A stretch of DNA of 64,000 nt from an uncultured Acidobacteriota bacterium (GTDB lineage: Bacteria; Acidobacteriota; JAAYUB01), in contig CAYTBK010000007.1 of the NCBI GenBank assembly GCA_964436005.1, positions 1,340-65,339 of the forward strand, read 5' to 3'. Shown here one piece after another: positions 1 to 8,571 of the stretch. Every line of letters begins with the position of its first letter. Positions within the stretch are counted from its first letter, which is position 1. Below the pieces are notes generated by a model that saw nothing but the letters and a program-made list of their open reading frames with translations, was not told the DNA's origin and made no database searches. Made by a program: the position numbers and the translations under genes.

Positions 1-782
1 GTGGGCGTTTGGACGGCGAAGAAGATCCGACCTTCGGACAGCGCCTCCGCGTAGGCCCGGCAGACTTCCGGCGTCATGGGTGTGGCGGCGTGGTAATAGC
101 CCGTGTAGTAGAGGTATTCGCCGCTTCTCTCGGCCTGCGGGCCGTGCTGACGTTTCGCGAGCTGGCCGGCCAAGGGCGCGGGCGCCTGGGGCGAGGGGCT
201 CAGCAGAACCTTCCGTGTGGCCACGTCGTTACGAGTGCAGGTCGAGTCGAAGAGCCCGTCCGTGTACCGGTCGTACTGGACCGATTCGTGCCCGATCATG
301 GCCTGGTCCGTTTCCGGGTAGCGGTAGCGGATGCTAACGGGAGCAAAGAAATTGCCTGTCGGCCTCAGGCCCATCCACCGGTACGGGGGTGGGCCCTGAG
401 GGTTTTCCGGTGGAACGGAGAACGTTATGTTGTTCACGTTGCCGAAGGGTGGAGACCAGTAGTAGTCCATGAGCTGGTTGTCCTCGGCGGAGTCCGCGTG
501 GCCCTGGATAAAGACGTGCTCCTCTCCGCCCGGCGCCGGGGTCTTCCCGCTCAGCTCGATGTGGATTTCCGTATAAGGATCGATTCCGGTGATGATGGCG
601 AATTCCGAGGAAGCCGCGTTCATTTGTCGACATTGCAACAAGTTCAGGAGGTTTTTCCATAGATCGCAAGCCTGGATGGAGAGAAGAGCGGCCGCCAAGG
701 CGGCGGCCTTCAAAACGAAAGAGAAAACCCGAAACGTTTTGCGTCGGCATGGGCGGGGAGAGAGGGCCACGTTCCTATTCAT
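1..782 (-). CDS. Putative lipoprotein or secreted protein of unknown function (runs off the window start; not in the ORF track)
   Basis: Manual translation from ATG at 782: MNRNVALSPRPCRRKTFRVFSFVLKAAALAAALLSIQACDLWKN..., open to position 3. AGGAGG RBS at 791-796 with an 8-nt spacer. Basic N-region, hydrophobic stretch, lipobox-like IQAC. Confidence 0.75.
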   Translation of the reverse strand, partial: MNRNVALSPRPCRRKTFRVFSFVLKAAALAAALLSIQACDLWKNLLNLLQCRQMNAASSEFAIITGIDPYTEIHIELSGKTPAPGGEEHVFIQGHADSAEDNQLMDYYWSPPFGNVNNITFSVPPENPQGPPPYRWMGLRPTGNFFAPVSIRYRYPETDQAMIGHESVQYDRYTDGLFDSTCTRNDVATRKVLLSPSPQAPAPLAGQLAKRQHGPQAERSGEYLYYTGYYHAATPMTPEVCRAYAEALSEGRIFFAVQTP

Positions 783-968
783 GGTCGATGCCTCCTGGCG
801 GGATTGAGCGCGGAGAGCGCTGCCGAAAATCAGAGGAAGAACCGAGGTCCTTACCTGTATATAACATGACAGGAAGCAGCACAAGCCTTATTTTTGAGGA
901 AACCATATTCTGCAGATTTCGCAGGCGACAAAACCCGCCCGGGATAAGACCTTCCGGTGATGCCGTGT

Positions 969-1766
969 TCAGGGCAGGACGGCGAAAACCCGGGCCGGGG
1001 CGCCGCTGCCGCCGCGGATGGACATGGGGATGACGTACAGCGTCGCCCCCCTGGGAGGCAGCTTGTCCAGGCCGGCGATGTTCTCCAGGGCCAGCTTGTT
1101 CGCCCCACAGACGACCCGGTGAACCCGGAAGTCCTTCGAGGGGCCGTTGTCGATGCTGGGCGTGTCCAGGGCGATTCCGGCGATGTCCCGCTCTTTGACC
1201 AGCCACTCGGCCGCTTCCGGGCCGAAGCCGGGGAAGCTGAGCTCCGGCAGCGCCGCGGGCCCGGTCTTGTCCGTGCCGAGCACTTTCCGGCGGTCCGGGT
1301 AGCCTTCGGTGTCCACTCCCGTGTACATGATCACCCAGCACCCCCGGGGGAGTCGGCCGTGTTTCTTTTCCCACTGTTGCAGGTCGGCCACGGTCAGCAG
1401 GTAGTTCCGGTCCTTCCGGCATGCTTGGCGCACGTCGACCACGGCCGCGGGGCCGATCCACTCCTCCAGGGGGACCTGTTCGATGGTCCGGCCGCCTTGC
1501 GCGAAGTGGCGCGGGGCATCGGCGTGGGTGCCCCCGTGCTCGGAGGCGCCGTAGTCGTTGGAGGCGTAATAATAGCCCTTTTCCGTCATCCCGTCGGCCA
1601 CCGATTTCAATTCGAAGGGTTTGGCGGTGGGCCAGTAGATGGTTTGGCCGTCGTAGGGGAAGGTCATGTCCAGGATGCGGGGCGCCTTTTGTGCAAAAGA
1701 GGGGGCGAGGCCGCAGCAGAGCAGGACGGCGAAGAGAACCGGACCGAGAAAGCGAGTCTTTTTCAT
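969..1766 (-). CDS. Cyclase family (kynurenine formamidase-like) metal-dependent hydrolase with signal peptide
   Basis: HxGTHxDxPxH motif (EHGGTHADAPRH), DTPSID, ENIAGL, GGSGAPARV; N-terminal signal-like MKKTRFLGPVLFAVLLCCGLAPSFAQ. Confidence 0.9.
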   Translation of the reverse strand: MKKTRFLGPVLFAVLLCCGLAPSFAQKAPRILDMTFPYDGQTIYWPTAKPFELKSVADGMTEKGYYYASNDYGASEHGGTHADAPRHFAQGGRTIEQVPLEEWIGPAAVVDVRQACRKDRNYLLTVADLQQWEKKHGRLPRGCWVIMYTGVDTEGYPDRRKVLGTDKTGPAALPELSFPGFGPEAAEWLVKERDIAGIALDTPSIDNGPSKDFRVHRVVCGANKLALENIAGLDKLPPRGATLYVIPMSIRGGSGAPARVFAVLP

Positions 1767-1787
1767 GACGGCATCTCCATTGCGGAT

Positions 1788-2435
1788 TCAGTATTGAAAA
1801 CAGGCGGAACGCGGGTCGGCCAGCCAGGCCTGCATCGTCAAGCCGCAGCGATCCTTGTCGCTCAGGCGGAGCCCGCCGGTTCTTTCCTCCAGGGTGAAGA
1901 ATTCCTCTTTCAGGTCCGGGGCGCACAGGGACCAGTCCAGATCCGGTGCGAAGGGCGAGATTCCGGCTTCACAGCCGGGACCGTATTCCCCGGTGCAGAA
2001 GTACTCCACCGAGGAGTTCGTTGTGAAATAGTTGCCATGGGCGAAGCCGTGGGGGATCCAGACCCACTCGTCCCAGTCGCGGTCGGGGTCGGCCGGGAGG
2101 GCGTAGGCCGCGATCTTGCCGAGGGTGGGGGATCCGAGCCGGATGTCCAGGAACAGGTCCACCATGCGGCCCGACAGAGTCCGGACGAGCTTCCCCATGG
2201 GCGGCGCCCACTGGAAATGCAGCCCCCGGACCACGCCGGCCAGGCTGCGGTTCTCGTTGCTCTGCCGCAGGGGTTCGTCGCCCAGCGAACCTTCGCCGAG
2301 CCAGGCGGCCAGGTCGCTTCTTCGGAAGGTTTCGCAGAAGTAGCCCCGCTCGTCGCAGAAGCGGCCGTAGCGCAGGACTTTGATGCCCGGCAAAGGCAGA
2401 TCCCTGATTTCGATCAATTTCATTGGCAGCTCCAT
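1788..2435 (-). CDS. rfbC: dTDP-4-dehydrorhamnose 3,5-epimerase family (RmlC/RfbC)
   Basis: Motifs DERGYFCETF, VVRGLHFQ, GKLVR, DIRLGSPT, WIPHGFAHG. Confidence 0.9.
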   Translation of the reverse strand: MELPMKLIEIRDLPLPGIKVLRYGRFCDERGYFCETFRRSDLAAWLGEGSLGDEPLRQSNENRSLAGVVRGLHFQWAPPMGKLVRTLSGRMVDLFLDIRLGSPTLGKIAAYALPADPDRDWDEWVWIPHGFAHGNYFTTNSSVEYFCTGEYGPGCEAGISPFAPDLDWSLCAPDLKEEFFTLEERTGGLRLSDKDRCGLTMQAWLADPRSACFQY

Positions 2436-2474
2436 TCCGGCGTTCGGCAGCGGCCCCGGATCGGCCGGTCGCCC

Positions 2475-3245
2475 TTATCCCCGCAGCCGTTCCATGCGCT
2501 CCAGGAACTCCCCCGCCAGGGCCCGGTACGCCAGGGCCCCGGGCGACGAGGGATCGTGGCGGAAGATGTCCACCCCGTAACGGGGCGACTCACCCAGGCG
2601 CGCGTTGATGGGGATCTCGGTATCGAAAACCTCGGGGCCGTAAAAATCGCGGATCAGCTCGGTCATCTCCCGCGTGGCCCGAATGCGGCGGTCCACGATG
2701 GTGAAGAGGATGCCGGACCCGCGGGCGTTCAGGCGGACTTTGCCGTCCAGCCGCCGGAGCGTCTCCTTGAGGTTTTCCAGCCCTTCCACCGCCAGGTACT
2801 GGGGCGTCAGGGGAATCAGCAGATAGTCGGCCGTCGCCAGTACGTTGATCATGAGCAGGGAGAAAGAGGGCGGCGAGTCGATGACGATGAAGTCGTACTC
2901 GTCCCGCAGCGGCTTGAGGGCCTTGCGCAGGCGGCGGTCCCACTTGCGGTCCCCGGCCAGCACGACGTCCGTGTCGGCCAGGTGGGGGGCGCCCGTAAGC
3001 AGTTGCAAACCGGGGACGCCCGTCTCGCGGAGGGCTTCCTGGACCCCGATCCGTCCCTCGAGCACTTCCGCGAGGGACGGGTTGAGTTCGCCTCGGGGGA
3101 TGCCCAGGGTCCGGGACGCCGAGGCCTGGCCGTCGGCGTCGACGAGGAGGCAGCGCTTCCCGAGGGCCGCCAAAGCCGCGGAGAGATTGACCGCCGTGGT
3201 CGTCTTGCCGGTCCCCCCCTTGTTCATGGCCAGCCCGATGATCAT
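2475..3245 (-). CDS. ParA/Soj family ATPase (orphan, no parB nearby)
   Basis: Last 256 aa of the listed 616-aa ORF: MIIGLAMNKGGTGKTTT (deviant Walker A), LLVDADGQ, IVIDSPPS, IPLTPQYLAVEGL. ATG at 3245 overlaps the aguA stop (ATGA); GGAGG RBS upstream. Confidence 0.9.
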   Translation of the reverse strand: MIIGLAMNKGGTGKTTTAVNLSAALAALGKRCLLVDADGQASASRTLGIPRGELNPSLAEVLEGRIGVQEALRETGVPGLQLLTGAPHLADTDVVLAGDRKWDRRLRKALKPLRDEYDFIVIDSPPSFSLLMINVLATADYLLIPLTPQYLAVEGLENLKETLRRLDGKVRLNARGSGILFTIVDRRIRATREMTELIRDFYGPEVFDTEIPINARLGESPRYGVDIFRHDPSSPGALAYRALAGEFLERMERLRG

Positions 3246-4306
3246 GCGGTGCCGACCTCCGCGGGTTCCTGCTGGGTGACGCAGTGGATTCCGCCGTATC
3301 CGAACACGAGGTGGGCCGCCGGGACCTGGACGATCCGGCGCGTGGGAAAGGCCCGGGACAGAATGGCCGCCGCTTCCCCATCGGCGGGATCGTCGAAGGC
3401 CGGCAGCAGGACGGCGGCATTGCCGACGTAGAAGTTGGCGTAACTGGCCGGCAGGCGGCGGTTCTCCTCCGGATCGACCAGCGCGGCCGGCAGGGGCAGG
3501 GGGACGATGTCGAAACCCTCCCGGCCCAGGCCTTCCGCGAGCAGGCGGTAGTTTTCGTCCAGCACGGGGTGGTTGGGGTCGTCGCGGTCCTGGCAGACGC
3601 AGCACAGGACGGTCTTTTCCCCGGCGAAGCGGGCGAAGTCGTCCACGTGGCCGTCGGTGTCGTCCCCCTCGATCCCGGAATTGAGCCAGACGACCCTGTC
3701 TGCGCCCAGGTTTGCGCGCAGGACGCCCTCCACCTCCGCGGCCGACAGGGAGGGGTTCCGGTTGGGGTTCAGGAGGCACTGCCGGGTGGTCAGGACCACC
3801 CCGGCGCCGTTGACGTCGATGGATCCCCCCTCGAGAACGACCCCGGGCCGAAAGGCCTCGACGCCGGCCCGGCGGACGACCTCGTCCCCGGCCGCATCGT
3901 CGGCCATGAGGTCGGCGTACTTTTCTCCCCAGGCGTTGAAGCGCCATTTCACGCAGGCCTTCCGGCCGGAAACCCGGTGGAGGAGGAACGAGGGGCCCCA
4001 GTCGCGGATCCAGACGTCCACACTGGGGAAACGGTGGAAGCGGACGCGGTCCGACCGCAGTTTCGTTCCGAGCAGGCCCCGGACGCGCTCCTCGGCCAGG
4101 ACGTCGTCGACGACGATATCCACCCGCTCGCCTTCGCTGAGCGCGCCGACCATGGCGGCGTACGTCTGCTCCACGTGCTCCAGGATGCCCGCCGGGAAAG
4201 TGATAGGGTTCTTGGGCCAGGCCAGCCAGGTGGCCTCGTGCGGGGCCCACTCGGCCGGCATATGCCAGCCGAGCGAGGCGGGTGTGGCGCAGTTGGTTTC
4301 TTGCAT
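3242..4306 (-). CDS. aguA: Agmatine deiminase (PPAD family)
   Basis: MPAEWAPH, WIRDWGP, EGGSIDVNG, DTDGHVDD, GGIHCVTQQEP with catalytic Cys; adjacent to aguB. Confidence 0.93.
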   Translation of the reverse strand: MQETNCATPASLGWHMPAEWAPHEATWLAWPKNPITFPAGILEHVEQTYAAMVGALSEGERVDIVVDDVLAEERVRGLLGTKLRSDRVRFHRFPSVDVWIRDWGPSFLLHRVSGRKACVKWRFNAWGEKYADLMADDAAGDEVVRRAGVEAFRPGVVLEGGSIDVNGAGVVLTTRQCLLNPNRNPSLSAAEVEGVLRANLGADRVVWLNSGIEGDDTDGHVDDFARFAGEKTVLCCVCQDRDDPNHPVLDENYRLLAEGLGREGFDIVPLPLPAALVDPEENRRLPASYANFYVGNAAVLLPAFDDPADGEAAAILSRAFPTRRIVQVPAAHLVFGYGGIHCVTQQEPAEVGTA

Positions 4307-4399
4307 TCTGCCCTCGCGATAACAATAAAATGAAATTGGAAGCCGACCGTCTGGGCGCCCCGGCCGAGAATGGCTTCCGGCCGACAGGCGGTTACGGTT

Positions 4400-5263
4400 T
4401 CATTCCATTCGGGACGACAGCATGTCGTACACCTCGGGCCTCCGGTTGTGGAAGAACCGCCAGCCTTCCCGCACTTCGCGCCCGTGCGCCAGGGAAACGT
4501 CCGCCAGGGCCACCTGTTCCCCGGAACCGGCCCGGACGAGCACCTTGCCGAACGCGTCGGAAACGAACGAACCGCCCCAGAAGGACATGCGGTCCTCCAC
4601 GCCGACCCGGTTCACCGCCGCCACGACCATCCCGTTGGCGATGGCGTGCCCGCGCATCACGTTCTCCCAGGCCCGGTGCCAGTTGCCCTCTCGCTGGCGG
4701 TGTCCGCGAACGGTTCCGATGGCGGTGGGGTAGAAGACCATCTCGGCGCCCTGCAGAGCGGCCAGGCGGGCCGCCTCCGGGTACCACTGGTCGTAGCAGA
4801 TGAGGACGGCCAGCCGGCCGGCCGGGGTGTCGAAGACCCGGATGCCCCCGTCGCCGGGCGCGAAGTAGTTCTGCTCGTAGAAAAGGGGGTCGTGGGGGAT
4901 GTGAACTTTCCGGTACTGCCCGATCGCCCGGCCGTCGGGGCCGAAAATGACGGCGGTGTTGAAATTGCCCGCCGGGTGGGCTTCCCAGACCGAACCGGCG
5001 ATCAGGACGATGCCGCGCTCCCGGGCCAGGGCGCTGCAGGCGTCCGTGGCCGGCCCCGGGATGCTTTCCGGGGCGACGGCGTCCTGCCGGGCGTACTGGG
5101 GGAAGTACCGCGTGGAGAACAATTCCGGCAGGCAGACGACGGTGGCGCCGCGTTCGGCGGCGGCACGGGCCAGTTCGATGGCGCGGGCCACGTTTTCCCC
5201 GGGGCGTTCGGACATGGCCATCTGCACCAGCCCCAGGCGAATCTTTTGTTCCGTCATGGTCAC
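4400..5263 (-). CDS. aguB: Carbon-nitrogen hydrolase, likely N-carbamoylputrescine amidase
   Basis: Nitrilase triad motifs LPELF, YRKVHIP, LICYDQWYPE; next to agmatine deiminase. Start may be the second Met (5257). Confidence 0.85.
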   Translation of the reverse strand: MTMTEQKIRLGLVQMAMSERPGENVARAIELARAAAERGATVVCLPELFSTRYFPQYARQDAVAPESIPGPATDACSALARERGIVLIAGSVWEAHPAGNFNTAVIFGPDGRAIGQYRKVHIPHDPLFYEQNYFAPGDGGIRVFDTPAGRLAVLICYDQWYPEAARLAALQGAEMVFYPTAIGTVRGHRQREGNWHRAWENVMRGHAIANGMVVAAVNRVGVEDRMSFWGGSFVSDAFGKVLVRAGSGEQVALADVSLAHGREVREGWRFFHNRRPEVYDMLSSRME

Positions 5264-5311
5264 CTCAAAGACGGGAGATCGCGGGACACCCGCGGTACGG
5301 TGGCGGCCTCT

Positions 5312-5342
5312 ACAAACGAACGGCCGGGACGAGTCCCGGCCG
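5312..5342 (-). terminator. Probable intrinsic terminator
   Basis: 9-bp GC stem (CGGCCGGGA / TCCCGGCCG) followed on the minus strand by TTCGTTTGT, just after the stop at 5367. Confidence 0.5.
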
Positions 5343-5366
5343 GAGGAGCCACGATGAAAAGACGGG

Positions 5367-6170
5367 TCACACTTCCTGGATGCGTTTGCGCAGGGCGGCC
5401 CGGATGCTGTCCAGGTCGCGCTTGTAGATCAGGCTCATGACGTACAGCTCGTTCACGAGGAATAGCGGGATCAGGCTGCACTCCAACAGCAGCACGCTGA
5501 AGAACCGCGGGGCGCCCTGCAGCCGCGCGAAGTTCTCGGTGTTGGCCACGTGCCGCACTTTCAGGATTTTGGAACGGGCGTAGGACAGCTTGCGTTCCTG
5601 CAGCTGAATTTCGGGCTGGAACGCCAGCAGCGAACGGATGCTCTCCTTCATGAAAGGCTGGGACTGCGCGAACGCCTCCTCGCGGAACTGTATGAAGATG
5701 TCGTGCATCTCCTTGAGCCGGTCCACCTGCGGGTCGATGATGTACTGTTTCTCCTTGGCCGCTTTCCAGTGATTCAGGGAGTTGGTGTAGTTGTATTCGA
5801 AACGCTTCAGGGCGAAGGCGACGTCGGCGTTCCGGAGGGCCTCGTTGAACACTTCCAGGCAGATGGAATCGAAATCGGCCTTCTCGAAATTGTCGTGGTA
5901 GACGTTGACGGAAGTTTCGATGGCCGTTCCGCCCTCCACGGCGTGGACTTCCATGGCGTACACGTTGTTGAGGTCCATGTTGAATCGGTTGTGGAGGCGC
6001 AGGCGCAGCTGCAGGGGGGCATCCTCCGCGGCGACGTCGCTGTCCTTCTTGATCTCGCGGCTGAGACTGGTGTCTATTTTGGCGCCGAGGTCGCCGAAAC
6101 GATATAGGGACATGGCATTGTACACGATACCGGCCAATGAATCGTCCTGCATCTCGATGAAATCTTGCAC
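5367..6170 (-). CDS. Hypothetical protein (267 aa)
   Basis: Coding-like composition. GTG at 6170 preceded by GGAGG; the listed start at 6260 falls inside a sigma70-like promoter. No family recognised. Confidence 0.7.
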   Translation of the reverse strand: MQDFIEMQDDSLAGIVYNAMSLYRFGDLGAKIDTSLSREIKKDSDVAAEDAPLQLRLRLHNRFNMDLNNVYAMEVHAVEGGTAIETSVNVYHDNFEKADFDSICLEVFNEALRNADVAFALKRFEYNYTNSLNHWKAAKEKQYIIDPQVDRLKEMHDIFIQFREEAFAQSQPFMKESIRSLLAFQPEIQLQERKLSYARSKILKVRHVANTENFARLQGAPRFFSVLLLECSLIPLFLVNELYVMSLIYKRDLDSIRAALRKRIQEV

Positions 6171-6231
6171 CGTTCCTCCCTGGCATGCTTGGGTTTGACC
6201 GGTCCCCGCGGACTCGGCGAAAATCTGCGCT

Positions 6232-6260
6232 ATTCTAGCGGAAAAATATCCAGCTTTCAA
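6232..6260 (-). promoter_or_regulatory. Sigma70-type promoter TTGAAA-17-TAGAAT
   Basis: Read directly on the minus strand; 17-nt spacer counted. Confidence 0.6.
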
Positions 6261-6277
6261 CCATGCTGAACATTACG

Positions 6278-8500
6278 TTACGGCTTGAGCTTGAGCCGGA
6301 TCTTTTCCAGTTCTTCCCGCAGGTAGTTCCGCTCGGACAGAATCCCGGGCGCAACCTTCTCTTTGTAATACTCCTCGGCCTTGTGGATGGGCCCTTCGAG
6401 AATCTGATAGAAATTGCGCTGGTTGGCTTTCGTCGTCATGACGTTCTTGTTGTACAGCTCGAAATCCTGGGCACTGACCCGGGCCAATCGCATGGCTTTC
6501 TTGTGCTCGGGGCTGATCTCCTCGGCGGTGGGCACCGATTCGGGCGGAGCCGCCCCGGCCGGCTCTTCCGGTTCGTACACCGTGTCCGGCGACGTGAGCG
6601 CCTTCTCGGTGATGCGCAGCTTCTGCTGCAGTTCCTCTTCCAGGTCGTACTCGGCGGTGGTGGCCGACGGGACCGGTTCCACGGGCCGTTCTTTCTCTTC
6701 CTCTTCCGCCGATGGGGTGACATCCTCGTAGATGACCTCTTCGGCCTCGACGACGGCCTTCGCCGGTTCCTTCACGGCGCGCAGCTGCTCCAACTCGCGC
6801 TCCAGGCGGGAGGCCTCCTCCCTGGCGGCCCTCTCGATCTCTTCTTCCTCCATGGCCTGCTGCCGGTCCTCTTCCCGCTTGCGGCGGGCATCTTCGGCCT
6901 CCTGCTCCAGGGCTTCCCGCCTCTTTTCGGCCGCGGCCACCTCGGTTTTCAGGCGGGCCACTTCGGCCTTGGCCTCTTCCGCCTTCTGCTGGAATTCCGT
7001 CAGCCGCGCCGAGAAGGAAGTGTCGGCGCCCAGGGACTGGATCTCGCCCCGGATTCCGCTGCACTCCTGCTCGATCTGGGCCAGCTGGGCCCGGACGTCT
7101 CCGACATTCTCGCGGATCCGGGCATACTCTTCCTGCATCCGTTTCAGGCTTTCGTCGGATTCGGCCAACCGCCCCTGCTTCTCGTCTCGTTCCTCGATGG
7201 CCAGCTGCAAGGCGTCGGTGGCGGCCTTGACCGCCTCCTCGGCGGCCGATTGCTCTTCCATGGCCGCCATGAGCTGCTTCTCGATTTCGGAGATGCTGGC
7301 CGAAACCTTGACGAGGGCGAGTTCTGCTGCGGCCATCTCCTCGCGGATCCTGTCCGTTTCCTTGCGCACTTCTTCCGTTTCCGCTTCCAGCGACTTCTTC
7401 AGGTCGACCGTTTCCTCGATGTCCTTCTCGCGCTTCTGAATGAGCCCCTTGCGGTCTTCCAGTGTCTTTTGGGCGAGCTTGATGTCGCGCTGGACGTTTT
7501 CCTTCTCCTTCTCGGCGATCTTCAGCAGGCCGTCGGCGATTTCGGCTTCCTTTTCCATGGCCTGGAGCGTTTCCGACAGCTTTTCGTAGACGGCCTCGAT
7601 CTCGTCCAACTCGCTGCGCGCCTCGGTTTTTTCCCGAAGCAGGCGGGCTTTCTCGGACTCCACGTCCGAGGTCTTGCCTTCCACCTCCTCCTTCTGCCGG
7701 GCGACCTTCTCGAGCTTCTCCTCCAGCAGCTGGATCTGGGCCTCGACGTTCCGCCGGCTGGCGATGACGGATTCGATGTCCTGCTCCAGGGCCCGCTTCT
7801 CGTTCAGGAACGCCGACATGACCTCCCCGGCGCGCTGGTGCGATTTGGCGGTTTCCTCGACCCGCCTGGACAGAAGGGCGAACTTGGCCTCCTTCTCGCA
7901 CTTGGCCGCCGTCACCTGGGCCAGTGTTTCCTTGGCCTTGGTGCGGTAGTTCATGATCTCTTCCATGATCGTCTGGCATTTTTCGCGCGTGAGGCGGAGC
8001 ATGGACTCGGTGTCGAGTTCGCCCACGGTCCCTTCCTCGCCGAAGCCGATCTCGGTGGCCAGGATGTCGTTCACCTCATCCATGGTCTTGCCGCTGTCCT
8101 CCCCGGCGATCACGGCGAGGATCCCGCCCAGGACGGACTGGGTTTCGCGGATTTCGTGGAAGAACCGTTTCTCCTGGCCCTGGATTTCGGCTTCCAGGTC
8201 GCGGGTGGCGCTCAGGCCGTCCTTGGCTTCGCGGTAGATGTCCTTCAACTCCCGCCAGGCCGTTCGCAGGGCGTCCATCTCCGCTTTCACGGGGTCGACG
8301 GGAGGCGGTGCGGCTGCCGGCTGCGGCCTGGGCGGGGTCGACGGTTCGATCGGTTCCGGCGGGCGGGGCACAGGTTCTCGGGCAGGCGTGCCGGCCGGTT
8401 TGGACGGGGCTGGCGGTTTCGCCTTGTCCTGTTGCCCCGAAATGGACAGACTGGTCGAACCAGGGTGTTTCTTGAACTTGTCGAAGAGTCCCATTTTCAC
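6278..8500 (-). CDS. Long coiled-coil protein with Pro-rich N-terminal linker and small C-terminal domain
   Basis: MGLFDKFKK start, Pro-rich segment, several hundred residues of E/K/A/L heptad-like sequence, acidic linker, C-terminal MRLARVSAQDFELYN... No Walker A motif, so not a true SMC. Confidence 0.8.
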   Translation of the reverse strand: MKMGLFDKFKKHPGSTSLSISGQQDKAKPPAPSKPAGTPAREPVPRPPEPIEPSTPPRPQPAAAPPPVDPVKAEMDALRTAWRELKDIYREAKDGLSATRDLEAEIQGQEKRFFHEIRETQSVLGGILAVIAGEDSGKTMDEVNDILATEIGFGEEGTVGELDTESMLRLTREKCQTIMEEIMNYRTKAKETLAQVTAAKCEKEAKFALLSRRVEETAKSHQRAGEVMSAFLNEKRALEQDIESVIASRRNVEAQIQLLEEKLEKVARQKEEVEGKTSDVESEKARLLREKTEARSELDEIEAVYEKLSETLQAMEKEAEIADGLLKIAEKEKENVQRDIKLAQKTLEDRKGLIQKREKDIEETVDLKKSLEAETEEVRKETDRIREEMAAAELALVKVSASISEIEKQLMAAMEEQSAAEEAVKAATDALQLAIEERDEKQGRLAESDESLKRMQEEYARIRENVGDVRAQLAQIEQECSGIRGEIQSLGADTSFSARLTEFQQKAEEAKAEVARLKTEVAAAEKRREALEQEAEDARRKREEDRQQAMEEEEIERAAREEASRLERELEQLRAVKEPAKAVVEAEEVIYEDVTPSAEEEEKERPVEPVPSATTAEYDLEEELQQKLRITEKALTSPDTVYEPEEPAGAAPPESVPTAEEISPEHKKAMRLARVSAQDFELYNKNVMTTKANQRNFYQILEGPIHKAEEYYKEKVAPGILSERNYLREELEKIRLKLKP

Positions 8501-8533
8501 TCCTCATACGGGGGATTCTGACGGAACGGGGAC

Positions 8534-8562
8534 ATTCTAGTTAACCGGCAGTGCAAATACAA
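8534..8562 (-). promoter_or_regulatory. Sigma70-type promoter TTGTAT-17-TAGAAT
   Basis: Read directly upstream of the coiled-coil gene; spacer counted. Confidence 0.6.
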
Positions 8563-8571
8563 TAGGAAAAA

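Noticed and set aside
2475-4325. 616-aa ORF suggesting an N-terminally extended ParA fusion
   Set aside because: The first 360 aa are an off-frame reading of aguA; ParA has its own RBS and ATG at 3245.
6278-8500. SMC/SbcC ATPase or tandem DNA repeat
   Set aside because: No Walker A/B, signature or hinge motifs; the repetitiveness is amino-acid heptad bias, not exact nucleotide repeats.
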